From a virus, in the IMG/VR virus record IMGVR_UViG_3300033429_000002, positions 6,072-70,071 of that record: a stretch of DNA of 64,000 nt. One strand, given 5' to 3'. Of this stretch, positions 35,374-46,777 are shown in pieces. Below the pieces are notes generated by a model. It saw nothing but the letters and a program-made list of their open reading frames with translations. It had not been told where the DNA came from and ran no database searches. The translations under genes were made by a program, and so were the position numbers. Positions within the stretch are counted from its first letter, which is position 1, and each line of letters starts with the position of its first letter.

Positions 35374-38241
35374 TTATTGAATTCTTTCGGTGTCATTCGT
35401 TTTATATTCCAAACGTAATTGTCACCAAGACCGCTATTGTATTTTTTAAGGCCCTCGGCAAAATACATGTCAACTGTTGGCTCGTCTATTGAATGACCCT
35501 CGCTTAGTAGCCTTACTTCGGTAGCCAGTGCTGCGTTTGCGTCTTCTGTTGATTTCAACGCCTTGTTACCTTCGCATAACCAGATAGTAAGTTTTTCAGT
35601 TCGCTTGCCGGTTGTTTTTGATGATCTCACTTGCAAGACAAACTTCCAATTATACGTTTTCACTTTCAATCCTGTTCATGATTGCCTTGTATCCGGACAC
35701 GATCTCATTGGCGTATTTATACACTAGAACAACCGCGGCCATTGATACAGCGGTTAGAATTATTATTTTATTTTTCATGGTCCCCTTGTTTTTTAGAGAA
35801 TTTGCATTCGTTGAATCTACCATCGCAGAATAGGTCGCATATCTCAGGATGATGATCATCGCACACTTTAATGCTTACGGGTTTTTGTTCTTGATCGGGA
35901 TTCTTAACCGCTTTTTCTGATACGTGTTCGCTTCTTATTATGCTTTCAGTCATTTTCCACCCCTGCTAATAATTTTACGGATTGCCCCGGATTTTGGTTA
36001 AATCCATCTCCAAAGTGATTCTCTAGAAACCCATTGTTTAGTAATCTGCTGGACTTTAAAAGCTTTTCTTTCTATTTCTCGATAGTGTGACTTTGGAACC
36101 CATGCTTGATGATGACATCCTCTATCAGCTCCAAAGTCTAACAAAACTGCCTTTTCTGTCTGCTTTACTAGTTCAGCATCAACATCTATCCATTCGCTGG
36201 TCATTTCCTCTCTCCGGTTCGGGTTTATTGCTGATTTGTTGTCTAATCTTAACCCTAAGTAAATAACTATGTCAATACTTTTCTTTACTAAATTCAATCT
36301 CTAGCAACTCCTTTGTTTTCAACCACTCGCGGACAGCCTTTGGCACTTTCTCGAAACTTTTTCTTTTATTGTAGTGCGATTGTTTACAGTCAGCCCCACT
36401 AAGAAGACCGTTTTTCCTGATTATTTCCGAAAATAACGATCTTCCCCCTTTCGTTTCGAGTTCCGGAATTGTTTTATCCATCCACTCTTGTATTTCTTTA
36501 GGTAGTTCTGTCATAGTTTTAGATTCTTCGGGTTTACATGTTCGTTTTCGAGTAACCAGATAAGAGCATCCGCTCTTGCCTGTGCTTCTGTTTTACCAGT
36601 GAAAAAACCGTCGTGCTTTTCATCATCCCTGTGTGTCCTTTTTGGGTAAACAATCACATCTTGATATATATCCTCATACCAAATATCAATACCCCAACCC
36701 CTCTTTCTTTGAAATATAACAACCTCATCTCCCTCATAATCTTCTTCCTCATTCGGAAGCGAAATAGGCAACAAAACACCAAGCTCTGCCACTGTGTAAG
36801 CTGGGATAAAAGAACAATATTCACTTTCTCCACAAAATTCTATATTGAACTGAAGTTTGTATATATTGTCAGATCCTTTCCCCCACACAAATAAAGTTGA
36901 TAGATTTTCAACACCGGAATTGTGTATTTTTTTTGCCTGTTCAAACGTACAAACCATATCTTCTTTTTTCATTCCACCACTCCTATTGTTACAGGTTTAG
37001 CACCAAACGTTGTTTTATGGCACCTAATAAACTCGATTTGCCTATTCTTGAACCTCTGAGCTTCATAAATAAATTTAACGCTGCCAGGGACTATTTTAGA
37101 CCCCTCTTGCTTGCATTTTTGCGAGAACTCGAACTCGTTTAAGTGACCTGGTAGCTTTACTTCCTTTGTTTTGCCGTTTGGTGATGTGTATTCGTATAGG
37201 TTCATTGTTTGCCTTTTCTTTTTGTACTTGCCTGGTTTATGGTAACTAATACGACAACACTTATCATGTGTTCTCTGAAATCAAATTCAAGTTGGATACC
37301 AGCAAGCCAAAAAATAATATACTCTTCATTATTGCAATCTTGGATTGCTTGCACTAGCAATGCGAGTAAGTCACTTTTTTTAAAGTCTTTTGGTAGCTCA
37401 ACATCATGTATTACTGTACTCACAATCACCTCCTATTTAATGTTTAAAGAATCATTCATTTATATCAACGTATGCATCAATGGCACGCCACATTCCTTCT
37501 AGCAGCCATAGCATTACCGTAGGGTGTTTTTCATGCACCAGATGAATAGCTTCATACCATGTTTTAGTATTTTGGTAAGCATTCTGCATTTCATAAGCAG
37601 CTGCGGTTAATTCGTCCCTATCTGACTCCTTTATAGTTTTCCCTATCATTTCACCCATAATCTACCCTCGTTTAATGTTGAATTTCACTATGATTTATAA
37701 TTAATGTATTGTTTGATTCTACTATAGTTCAATGGATTATGTCAATTGTTATTTTTACTAGGTAAGTCACACCCGAACACCTTAATAAATCCGTCATCTT
37801 CCTTAACAGCTCCTGCGGTGATAAGCCTCCCATAAAATCTACACCACGTCCTATCATTGAGATAATTCGCAGATTCAAACGAGATTGACGCCCCCAGTAA
37901 AAAGAAGCTGACAATGAGCACGAAAAGTAAAGATGTGTCACTCCTCTTGCGATAGAAAAAATACAACGACACCGCTGAACAAATAAAAAACGATACTATT
38001 GCCCCGATCATGATTCACCCCTAATTATTCGTTTCATCTCTAGCATTAGAGACATTGAATTGTGTTTGCTTGCATCTATCTTGTTTAGTGCTGATAGGAT
38101 TCTGACTCTCTCTTCTTTTGTTGCGTATGACCAAATAAATCTAGCCTTTTCATGTGGGATGGTTATCTGTTCGAGATCTTGGTGGTTTTTATACCATTCA
38201 TTGAATATTGACACGTCTTCAGCTGGTTGTTCTGGATTCAT
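35331..38241 (-). other. Run of small hypothetical ORFs (35331-35669, 35768-35953, 35998-36297, 36272-36514, 36511-36972, 36969-37205, 37202-37429, 37452-37658, 37742-38011, 38008-38241)
   Basis: Co-oriented overlapping ORFs; 37742 has 2 TM segments. Confidence 0.6.
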
Positions 38242-39635
38242 TGTTTCTCGTTAAAGTGATTAGGGTTAAATGTCTCTTTAAAAGATCGGGGCGGTTGATT
38301 GATTTGTGACATGTTAAAAAACCTTGTGTATTTTCCTTGAAAAACTAGTTCGGCCATGCCGGTTGGCCCGTTTCTGTGTTTTGAAAATATTATCTCGGCT
38401 ATTCCTTTTTTATCTGTATTTTCGTTATAAACCTCATCACGATAAACAAAAATAACGATATCCGCATCCTGTTCGATTGATCCTGATTCTCTTAAATCAG
38501 ACAGTTTCGGCCTTTTGTCGGACCTGTTTTCTAGTGCCCTGTTAAGCTGGGATAGTAATATCACAGGTATCCCTAAATCCTTCGCTAGACCTTTCAACGC
38601 TCTTGTTATTGATCCTAGTTGTTGATCTCTATTTTCTGATTTGTTTCCGCTCATCAGTTGCAAATAATCAACTACTACCGGACCGACACCGTATTTTAAT
38701 TTCTTGTCGTAGTGCCTTACAGTTGAAATTATTTCCTGGACTGTGATTGATGATCGATCATCTATTATCAAGCTAGACCCTGAAATAATATCTGTCGCCC
38801 TGCCAAGTTTATCCCAGTCCTCTTGCTCAAAATTTCCGGACCTTAATTTTTTATTATCTATTTTAGACTCTGAAGATAGGAGTCTCATACCTAATTGTTC
38901 TTTTGACATTTCGAGGCTGAACATTAAAACAGCGCCCATTTCTTGATGTTTTATAGCCACATAAGAAGCTATATTTAAGGCTAGTGATGTTTTTCCCATC
39001 GATGGCCTTGCAGCTAAAATTATCAAGTCAGTAGGTTGTAAACCACTCATCATCCTGTTAATATCAACAAACCCCGTTGGAGTTCCTGTTATTTCTCCCT
39101 TGTTAGCTGATATATGCTCAAGCCTGTCGAAGTTCCTCATCAAAATATCTTTGATTGGCTCTGAGTGGTTTTCTTCAATCCTGATAGCTGTTACTTTTTC
39201 TATTGCTTCATTTATAAGCTCTTTTACTGACTGCTGCGGATCTCTTGCCTTTATTCCTATATCTGAAGTTGTGCGAATTAAGTCTCTCAGTAGCGCGTGT
39301 TCTTGGATTATTTTTGCATAATAAACGATATTTCCTGAACTTGGAACGCAATCCACCAACTCAGCAAGATATGCGTAACCGCCGCAATCTTCAAGCTTTC
39401 CGAGTTCCTTTAGCTTATCGCCTATAATAACCTCATCGATAGGCTTTGACTCTGCACATAACTCTATAATTGCTCTGAATATTTGTTTGTGTGTTTCTTC
39501 GTGAAAGCTATTTGGTGTTAAAATGCTGCCCACTTCATCAAACAGAGAGTTATCATAAAATATAGCTCCAATAACAGATTGTTCGGCTTCAAAATCGTGA
39601 GGTATAGTTAGAACCGATTTGTTTTCAGAAATCAT
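38238..39635 (-). CDS. dnaB: Replicative DNA helicase
   Basis: PHDFEAEQSVIGA, AARPSMGKT, FSLEM, VDYLQL, SQLNR and DLRESGSIEQDAD motifs. Confidence 0.98.
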   Translation of the reverse strand: MISENKSVLTIPHDFEAEQSVIGAIFYDNSLFDEVGSILTPNSFHEETHKQIFRAIIELCAESKPIDEVIIGDKLKELGKLEDCGGYAYLAELVDCVPSSGNIVYYAKIIQEHALLRDLIRTTSDIGIKARDPQQSVKELINEAIEKVTAIRIEENHSEPIKDILMRNFDRLEHISANKGEITGTPTGFVDINRMMSGLQPTDLIILAARPSMGKTSLALNIASYVAIKHQEMGAVLMFSLEMSKEQLGMRLLSSESKIDNKKLRSGNFEQEDWDKLGRATDIISGSSLIIDDRSSITVQEIISTVRHYDKKLKYGVGPVVVDYLQLMSGNKSENRDQQLGSITRALKGLAKDLGIPVILLSQLNRALENRSDKRPKLSDLRESGSIEQDADIVIFVYRDEVYNENTDKKGIAEIIFSKHRNGPTGMAELVFQGKYTRFFNMSQINQPPRSFKETFNPNHFNEKQ

Positions 39636-39916
39636 GCGTAATCCTCATTGAGCATTTTTCTAGTTTCATCAATCTTTTTTTGAGCCGCTTTATTTCCGTG
39701 CGGGTCATCGTGCTTTAGATATGACATAAACTTTGCAGGAGTAGGCATAAATCTATCTTCGGCATGTTTGCAATAATATTTAATAGCTAATTTTAGCTTG
39801 TCACACTGAACATCCTCTAACCCGGTTTTCCAAATATACTCTAGAGTTTTTGTTTTTTCTTTTCCACACATTTCACAAACTATCTCTAGCACTTGCGTTT
39901 TTATATCATTGTCCAT
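39632..39916 (-). CDS. Putative helicase loader/inhibitor (G39P-like)
   Basis: W...L.D...AI....RFMPTPA pattern; lies between initiator and dnaB. Confidence 0.55.
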   Translation of the reverse strand: MDNDIKTQVLEIVCEMCGKEKTKTLEYIWKTGLEDVQCDKLKLAIKYYCKHAEDRFMPTPAKFMSYLKHDDPHGNKAAQKKIDETRKMLNEDYA

Positions 39917-40685
39917 TAGCTATCTCACTTAGTAGGTTTTTTGCACCCTCTGACAGGTTTCCGCTTGACTTCTTTTTTATTTTCTGTGAATGCCTCAGCT
40001 TGATCTCGTTAAACCTCTTGTGAAATTTTGACGGGCTGAGAATGTTAGGTATAAAGAAAGATTCACTTTGTACGTATCTCACAAGGCTTTTTAACTCGTC
40101 GACGTTGCCTGAATCATTTCTAAGAATAATACTAAAATCTTTTGACCATTTCTGTAAATCAGGTGTTTTGAATTCTGGTAAGTTCTTTCTAATGTTATTC
40201 ATCAAATAAGAAGACAACCGAAACTCGGTAGAGTCTTCGGAATATTCTTTAGGTTTAGGCTTAGGTTTAGTATCAGGTTCCTTAGTTGTGTCGTGGTTCA
40301 TGTTTTTTTCTTGTCGGTTTAATGATTTTTTTATGTTTTTTTGTCTCTGCTCCTCACTGTTATCAATGAATCTTTTATGTTTTTTTAATGCAGGTTTAAT
40401 GTCGATTTGTTGTTGGTTTAATGTTTTTTTTATTTTACCTTTTTGCTTCTTAAATGATTTAGTATCTTTATCATATTCTATCTCAACCCATATATCAGCA
40501 AGGAATTTTCTAACCTTGTCCCTTGACCACCCCCATCTACCAGAGCAACCAGAAATAGTAACAGGAGTATCATTATCAAAGTCCAATTGAAGCGAGTAAA
40601 CGGCTTCGAGCTCTGTGAATTTCCTAGTTCTAGGTAGTGAATCGGCAAAAGCCTTGCTAATGGGAACCCAATACCCATTATCCAT
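39906..40685 (-). CDS. Phage replication initiator protein
   Basis: N-terminal HTH-like RWGWSRDKVRKFL, low-complexity linker and C-terminal QKWSKDF..LR.D...FFIPNILSPSKF domain; upstream of loader and dnaB. Confidence 0.75.
   Translation of the reverse strand: MDNGYWVPISKAFADSLPRTRKFTELEAVYSLQLDFDNDTPVTISGCSGRWGWSRDKVRKFLADIWVEIEYDKDTKSFKKQKGKIKKTLNQQQIDIKPALKKHKRFIDNSEEQRQKNIKKSLNRQEKNMNHDTTKEPDTKPKPKPKEYSEDSTEFRLSSYLMNNIRKNLPEFKTPDLQKWSKDFSIILRNDSGNVDELKSLVRYVQSESFFIPNILSPSKFHKRFNEIKLRHSQKIKKKSSGNLSEGAKNLLSEIANGQ
40248..40440. repeat. Putative replication origin iterons inside the initiator gene
   Basis: GGTT(T/C)A(A)TG followed by T tracts at 40295, 40316, 40393 and 40415 (pairs spaced 21-22 bp), plus TTAGG(T/C) repeats. 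Confidence 0.5.
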
Positions 40686-40689
40686 ATTA

Positions 40690-40878
40690 TTAAAATAGCT
40701 TTACAAACTCATTAATCCGATAGAGCGTATTCGCCCTTGGTTGTATTCTTCCCTTTTCGATTGAAACAATTGTAGGTCTGGAGACCCCAGTTTTATCCGA
40801 CAACTTTTCCTGAGTTATATTATTTTTCATTCTGAAGTTGTAGAGCTCAGTTTTTGCATTGTCTCTTGTTATTTCCAT
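40690..40878 (-). CDS. Cro/XRE HTH transcriptional regulator
   Basis: ITQEKLSDKTGVSRPTIVSIEKG; promoter TTGACT-N17-TAACTT just upstream. Confidence 0.9.
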   Translation of the reverse strand: MEITRDNAKTELYNFRMKNNITQEKLSDKTGVSRPTIVSIEKGRIQPRANTLYRINEFVKLF

Positions 40879-41141
40879 AGTAGTTTAATTTATCTTACAT
40901 TAAGTTAACATTAATAAACAAACGAGTCAAGTTTCACAATAGCACTTATCAATACAGTGCTTTATAAATTCACCATTCATAAATCTCATATCCATAAGCC
41001 TGAGCAGCTCCACTGTCAGCGGTCCACTCTTCAGCCTTTTCGTATGATTCGAATAGTTTTATGTTATCCTCATCTTCTACGATTGGCATTGGTTTCCCGT
41101 TTGGGTGTCTTAGCATTATAAAATACATTGTTTATCCTATG

Positions 41142-41621
41142 TTATGATTCATTCGCCCAGTGTCTGACGTTCATATTTTCAAGAAAACACGCCGTGTTTC
41201 TGAATATCTGTTTAAGTTCATCAGAATACCCAAACCTCTCCTGATTCATATTGATGCTTTCATAAATATTCCCGTCTTCATGTCTCAATGTGGCTGAATA
41301 CCAATCGCAAATCATCTCAATTAGATCGACTAGGCACATCCCTTTTATACCGTTTTGGTGGTTTTCCGGGTGATGAGTATTGACTGAATTATGATGATCA
41401 ATAGCAACTTTCATTTCCTTCATGTATTGCTTATATTCAACAGACCCGTATGTTATACCCCTGAGCTTTGGCGTGTACTCCTCGAATATTTCAACCTCTG
41501 GCGATTGAAGTTTAGACTGATCATGCATTTCAGCCCTATCCAACAGATCATGGATAACCACGTTTAAATAGTTTCTTACTGTTTCAATATGCCGCATAGT
41601 TTTAAATTTTGATTCGCTCAT
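41142..41621 (-). CDS. DUF5662-like HD-related protein
   Basis: TMRHI, HDQSK, HH...N.HHPE and DLIEMICDW motifs. Confidence 0.75.
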   Translation of the reverse strand: MSESKFKTMRHIETVRNYLNVVIHDLLDRAEMHDQSKLQSPEVEIFEEYTPKLRGITYGSVEYKQYMKEMKVAIDHHNSVNTHHPENHQNGIKGMCLVDLIEMICDWYSATLRHEDGNIYESINMNQERFGYSDELKQIFRNTACFLENMNVRHWANES

Positions 41622-41940
41622 TTTTATCCTGTTTTGGAATTCGGTTAACTATTTTTACCTTGTAATCAGAATACTGCTTAAAATTAAACGATATCTGCCT
41701 ATAGTGAACTAAAACACCAACCAGGGAATAGTAATTGATAGGCAAGTGAAGAAAATCTCCAGTGTCATCGATGAAAACTATCTCGCCGTCTGATATATCA
41801 ATCCCGTAATGACATTCTTTTGAATATGATCTAAACTCTTCTTTCGCGCAATACTCTTCCAATTCCCAACCGTTAGCGATTAGAAAACGTATGCATTTGT
41901 CTAATTCGCTTAGTGGTTTATGCCTGTTTGTACTTTCCAT
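41602..41940 (-). CDS. Hypothetical protein
   Basis: 112 aa ORF. Confidence 0.55.
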   Translation of the reverse strand: MESTNRHKPLSELDKCIRFLIANGWELEEYCAKEEFRSYSKECHYGIDISDGEIVFIDDTGDFLHLPINYYSLVGVLVHYRQISFNFKQYSDYKVKIVNRIPKQDKNERIKI

Positions 41941-41970
41941 TTATGGCCCGTATTTCTCATTATTATCCAG

Positions 41971-42657
41971 CTAAAAATATAAATATGTCACTTTGCCGGG
42001 GATGTATTCCGTTTTTTCTTTTATTAGCCCGTCCCCGTGTGGGACGCCAGTGCATCCCTTGTGCTCTCTCATGGTCGTGTCAAGTATGCAAAAATCCCCT
42101 GTTTTCATTCTCGCCGCGTTCGAATCAATGGGAAGACCGCCAGAATCTTTTATACTCTTCACGACTTTGATCGACTTAAGCCCGTAGTGTTTTATTAAAT
42201 GGTCATGCTTTCCGCCGTAACTGGCGGTCAATGTCAAATTGCGTGGCATTCTACCAAGCCGCTTTATCCAAAAATTAATACTCTTTGTAAACGCCCAAAA
42301 TTCTACAAGCGGGTTATTCTCGCAAACGCCCAACCACATGTCGAGGTATTCTTGGCTGAAAAAATCTCCGCTCTGGTGAATCCTTACACGCTTACACTTA
42401 TACGGAATATCGACAACGCCACCGGCCGCCACATAATCGTAGTTCAGCCAACGCCTTTTTCTGGCCGTCGGGTATCTCTCAGCGCTCGCCGCGTAGCATC
42501 TAAACCGTGAACTCTCATCGTTAAACTTACCGGTTTTTCTATCAACTGAAATCTTACAAACCAAGGCCGACGGGCAAGTGTGACCAGTCGGGAGATTAAA
42601 CTCGTGGGCCGTTTGGGAATAATACGACCTATTAATAGTTAATTTGTAACTTTCCAT
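41971..42657 (-). CDS. Gp88-like (radical-SAM-related) phage protein
   Basis: FNLPTGHTCP.A..C, CYA, RIHQSGDFFS and FWAFTKS motifs; own promoter TTGACA-N16-TATAAT at ~42666-42693. Confidence 0.75.
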   Translation of the reverse strand: MESYKLTINRSYYSQTAHEFNLPTGHTCPSALVCKISVDRKTGKFNDESSRFRCYAASAERYPTARKRRWLNYDYVAAGGVVDIPYKCKRVRIHQSGDFFSQEYLDMWLGVCENNPLVEFWAFTKSINFWIKRLGRMPRNLTLTASYGGKHDHLIKHYGLKSIKVVKSIKDSGGLPIDSNAARMKTGDFCILDTTMREHKGCTGVPHGDGLIKEKTEYIPGKVTYLYF

Positions 42658-42700
42658 AGTTATCTATTATACAGATTTTATTCGAATTGTCAATAATTAA

Positions 42701-43081
42701 TTATACCAGCCATGTTTTAATCAATGCCAGCTTCCACTTGTTTTTCCACTCATAAAAGCGCATTGTAAACGCCTCTTGAGTTTCTTCTATCCTCTTTGAT
42801 GGCTTTTCTGACATTTCAGTTCCACATAAGTGATGACCCCAAACGGTTAACTGATCAGGGATCTTTCCGCTAGTTATGCCTCCCCCTGACAGGAATTTTA
42901 TGTCAGGGTCTTCGCAGTGATGATAATAGCTGGTATCGTCGTCTGGCTCCCCGCAGAAACGGCAATGAAACCTATCAGGTTTTTCAATCTCCCTGATCTT
43001 TTTACGGGAAGTTTTTTTTACTTTCTTGATCTTTTCCCCAGGTTTTGGGTGTGCCGGGCCGTGTTGATTATTTGTTATCAT
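42701..43081 (-). CDS. Hypothetical HNH-like zinc-binding protein
   Basis: CRFC...YHH...GG...KIPD..TVWGHHLC. Confidence 0.45.
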   Translation of the reverse strand: MITNNQHGPAHPKPGEKIKKVKKTSRKKIREIEKPDRFHCRFCGEPDDDTSYYHHCEDPDIKFLSGGGITSGKIPDQLTVWGHHLCGTEMSEKPSKRIEETQEAFTMRFYEWKNKWKLALIKTWLV

Positions 43082-43640
43082 TCCACAATATACCCCTGAT
43101 GACAGCTCTTATGTTTTGGTCACTTACCCCAAAAACCTGGGATAGTTCACCGGAATTATAGTTTCCTGTTTTATGGAGATCTCTTATCATCTCGGCCTTA
43201 AGCATACTGAGCTTCATAGACCTTCTAGCCCTTAAATTGTCAACTCTTCTGACAAACCTACAATTAGACGGCTCATAGTCACCGTTAGGATCTATGCGGT
43301 CTATCTCGAGTCCTTTCTCGTATCCGTTTTCACGCGCCCAAATTATAAAAGACTTCGACGAAGATCTCCACTCTTCACACACTTTTATTCCCCTGGCCCC
43401 GTACCATCTATAACTTGAGCATGTTTTTGTATAACACCTAAGCTTCATCCCGTGCCACACTACCCACTCCGGTTCATATCTTTGACCATTTTTCCAGCAC
43501 CCGCAAGATTTATATTTTTTACCGTCATAAAGACCCCTTTCCACCTCTTTTTTGCATTTGTGGCAATAGAACAACCCAAATCTAACAACGCTGAACCCGT
43601 TTTCACGCTTTCTAATATCCAGCTTTTTTATCAATTCCAT
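43068..43640 (-). CDS. HNH homing-type endonuclease
   Basis: KSCGC, W.GMKLRC, YGARGIKVCEEW and IDRIDPNGDYEPSNCRF motifs; C-terminal HTH. Confidence 0.88.
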   Translation of the reverse strand: MELIKKLDIRKRENGFSVVRFGLFYCHKCKKEVERGLYDGKKYKSCGCWKNGQRYEPEWVVWHGMKLRCYTKTCSSYRWYGARGIKVCEEWRSSSKSFIIWARENGYEKGLEIDRIDPNGDYEPSNCRFVRRVDNLRARRSMKLSMLKAEMIRDLHKTGNYNSGELSQVFGVSDQNIRAVIRGILWNDNK

Positions 43641-43764
43641 TTTTTATGATATTTCTACGCGGCCTATCCCAATAAGGACTTTTGCACATTGGGCACCACT
43701 TCGGTTTGGCGGGTTTTCTCTTGTACCAATTATGCCCGCATCTTAAACACAATTGTGTTTCCAT
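43612..43764 (-). CDS. Small zinc-ribbon protein (50 aa, below ORF-track cutoff)
   Basis: Hand translation METQLCLRCGHNWYKRKPAKPKWCPMCKSPYWDRPRR; AAGGA RBS. Confidence 0.75.
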   Translation of the reverse strand: METQLCLRCGHNWYKRKPAKPKWCPMCKSPYWDRPRRNIIKNGIDKKAGY

Positions 43765-43801
43765 ATTACTATCCTTATATTATTATAATAGTATTGTCAA
43801 T

Positions 43802-44230
43802 CTAAACATTCGCATTTAGCCATGTTTTTTCTTGGTTTCCCCATTTTTTAAACAGTTTTGATTCAAATTCGGTCGGTTTTATGTCGTATTGATAAAGGTA
43901 ACCAATATCTTTGAACGTCATACTGTTTAGAATTAGAACAGTCTCCATTCGATTGATTGAATCCCTTCGTGAGCGATAAAATTTAATTAGGTGTTTTTCG
44001 TGGTCTGAGTGGGTGCCATTTGCCTTTTTTGCTCTGGCTGAAGACAGATCCCGCCCTTTTTTTTTGATAAAATTATCATCGACGCTACAGATCGCTACTC
44101 CACGGCTAATAATGCCGTCTCCGTTTTTAACTAAACATACCGTGATTACCGGGTGTCTACCGTACCCGATAGCTCTTAAATAATAAAATTTGTGTTCCAT
44201 CGATTCATCCTTTATTTTAATTCTAAGCAA
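43802..44230 (-). CDS. Hypothetical protein
   Basis: G.AICS..DNF.KKKGR..S..RA motif common in phage small proteins. Confidence 0.6.
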   Translation of the reverse strand: MLRIKIKDESMEHKFYYLRAIGYGRHPVITVCLVKNGDGIISRGVAICSVDDNFIKKKGRDLSSARAKKANGTHSDHEKHLIKFYRSRRDSINRMETVLILNSMTFKDIGYLYQYDIKPTEFESKLFKKWGNQEKTWLNANV

Positions 44231-44660
44231 ATCCTAGAATCTCGTTTACTGCATTATCAAGCTCTTTTTCTGAAACCCCTTTCAGAACCTTGCTTAAAAC
44301 AACCCCAACCGAATCAGAATAGTATTGGTTGAATTCATCGTTTTCCATCTTGTCAAAAGCCACGGACCCAACCTCTTTCATCATTTCACCGGTTAACATA
44401 TTCTGTTTTACAATTGTGATATCTAGAGCCCATTTTATATCATGGTGAAGGTCTTCTTTGTTTCTGTACGTTTCTGTGTTTTCGACCGCAACGCCAAGCA
44501 TAGTCCAGTATTTTTGAAGTAGCTTGTAATTGCGCTGATCTTTTACCTTCTTAACATCGAAATAGTAGACTGTTTCAAGCTTGCATTTCTTGTGGTACTT
44601 TTCTGAATCTTCATCAGCTGGACTAAAACCATTTAATGATTTCTTGAGATATACTTTCAT
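44223..44660 (-). CDS. DUF1367/NinB-like protein
   Basis: FSPADED, RNYKLLQKYW and SVAFDKMENDEF..YY motifs. Confidence 0.7.
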   Translation of the reverse strand: MKVYLKKSLNGFSPADEDSEKYHKKCKLETVYYFDVKKVKDQRNYKLLQKYWTMLGVAVENTETYRNKEDLHHDIKWALDITIVKQNMLTGEMMKEVGSVAFDKMENDEFNQYYSDSVGVVLSKVLKGVSEKELDNAVNEILGFA

Positions 44661-44694
44661 TCTCTTCCGTAGTTATGGGCGAAAGTTTTTTGTT

Positions 44695-45750
44695 TCATTT
44701 AAAACTTGGCTTTTCAAAGATGTAAAATCCTTCCACTGTTGTGTCTGAAAAATTTATAGAATAATCGATCACATGGTTAATCGTGATAAATAATCCCCAT
44801 GTCTCAGGGAATCCATACCAGTAGCAATCCTTAGAAGGATCATCAACATTTATTGATAGGGGATGGTTGCCACGTGTCGCTAAAATAGCACGCCCATCCT
44901 TTCTTTTGCACCAAACAAGCGTGTTCGGCTCTGGCATCGATTCTTTAGATAGATTGATAAATTCCATCACTTTCCTTGTATAAAATATATGTTTAATCAA
45001 AAAGCTCAAAGCGGTTTGTATCCAGATCATGAATTATTACTTTATTTAGTTCATCATCATAAACAATACGCGAATTGTATTCTTTGAGAATTTCCTTAAT
45101 TTTATCCAGACACTCTGTGAGTGTTTCTTCTTTATGCTTTTTCATTCCCTACCCTGTATAAAATAATCACTGTTAAGAATAGTTCTTTAATTACACAAAC
45201 ATGCCAAGACAGTCATATTCTTCGTTATAGAAAACACCGCATCGAACAAGTTCTAATATCTGACCGTCTGATAGTTTCTCAATGTGTTTCTCTTCGAGAT
45301 CTATGAATATTTCATCGTGCTCGGCCGCTGATATAATATCACTCCCATAGTTAGGGAAAAACTTATCAAGCGTAATAAATGCATGAAGATCAGGTCTTGT
45401 GCTTTTCTTGTTCTCAACTTTTTCAAATTTTAAATGGTCGTCATTGTACAGCTCGAATCTATCGTTTATATTCATTTAATTCTCTTCTGTAGTTATTCCA
45501 AAATTTGCAGATATGAGACTGTTCTCGGTGGATTTTCAAGATCAAATAAAACAACGTCACCTTTAAACAGTGATTTTTTAGGACGTGGCAATTTCTCCCA
45601 TTTATAGCACTGAGAACGATCAGTGCAAACCGGCTCTATCTTCCACGCCCAATACTTTATCTCACCGCAATGATCAGACCTGAAAACGTAATCACCTGAT
45701 TCAAGGCTAATTATTCCTTGCGGTTTTATGCGTAAAATTGTAAAAGCCAT
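44695..45750 (-). other. Small hypothetical ORFs (44695-45030, 45191-45475, 45493-45750)
   Basis: Co-oriented ORFs downstream of the nucleotidyltransferase. Confidence 0.55.
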
Positions 45751-46694
45751 TTTTCGTATTTTTTAGAGTCTACCTTTTTAGGTAGATTGGAATTTGCACA
45801 AAGATCCTCAACTTCATCCATTAACGATTCAAGCCTAGGCGCTACCTCTGACATATAATCGCATTCACCATTTTTGACTTTTAATAGCTCACCAGCCTCC
45901 GGCAATGGGAAAATAATGTCACCATCACGATAAACAGACCTCATTTGATAAGCACATCTTAAAGCGTGTGACACTGCTTTCCAGTCAATCCCCTCATTCT
46001 TAGCCGCTAGTTTTGCCCGTTCTCCATATGACTTGTAAAACTTTTCAATCACATCATATGCATATTGAACGGTTACGGTTGACTGTACTTTTCTGTTACA
46101 AACTTCATACATTGGAAACTGAAAACCATTTTCTGGATTAGCAGGAATAAATTTAATATGTTCCCCACTCGGTAAATTGTTCCAATGTAAGCCAATTGTT
46201 TCGGAAGGTTTTTGATTCTTAAGAAAATCAAGCACTTTTCGAGCATCATTCAACCGACTTCCTTTAATCCCATATTTAGCAGCTTGAGTGCGACAATAAC
46301 CAACAAATGCACGTAGATTAGTCGTATAGAAATCATTTCTATTCTCATAAAGTTCTACAAAAATAGTACTATGCTGCATGATTGCATTGTCATCACTCCA
46401 AGCGTGTAGAATATCGAGAGCCCCGGTGTCTCCCTTTTTCAACAATTCTAGGTAATAATGCAGTGAATACAGTTCAACGTCGATATCCTCAGACGTGTTT
46501 TTCTCGTCGTTACTTGACTTTGAATTGTACGTTAATGACCTCGGGATCTTATTCAAAAAGCACTGTTCTTTTGTCGGTAAAAAAATACCTTTGATATCAG
46601 TATCAGAATTTTCCGTTGCAGTTCCGTATAAATGTGAACCGAACTTGCACAAGAAAACAATGTCCAGGTCTTTCGTGAATTCTTTTAGATTCAT
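45726..46694 (-). CDS. Pol-beta superfamily nucleotidyltransferase (RlaP-like)
   Basis: FGSHLYGT....SDTDIKGIF (GS...DxD), QAAKYGIKGSR and DWKAVSHALR motifs. Confidence 0.88.
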   Translation of the reverse strand: MNLKEFTKDLDIVFLCKFGSHLYGTATENSDTDIKGIFLPTKEQCFLNKIPRSLTYNSKSSNDEKNTSEDIDVELYSLHYYLELLKKGDTGALDILHAWSDDNAIMQHSTIFVELYENRNDFYTTNLRAFVGYCRTQAAKYGIKGSRLNDARKVLDFLKNQKPSETIGLHWNNLPSGEHIKFIPANPENGFQFPMYEVCNRKVQSTVTVQYAYDVIEKFYKSYGERAKLAAKNEGIDWKAVSHALRCAYQMRSVYRDGDIIFPLPEAGELLKVKNGECDYMSEVAPRLESLMDEVEDLCANSNLPKKVDSKKYEKWLLQFYA

Positions 46695-46777
46695 CTTTCA
46701 ATTAACTCCAATGATGGTATTATTTAAGGTCGGCAGTTCATTACTCCTGATGTATCTTTGTTGTGTTTGAAGTTCAT

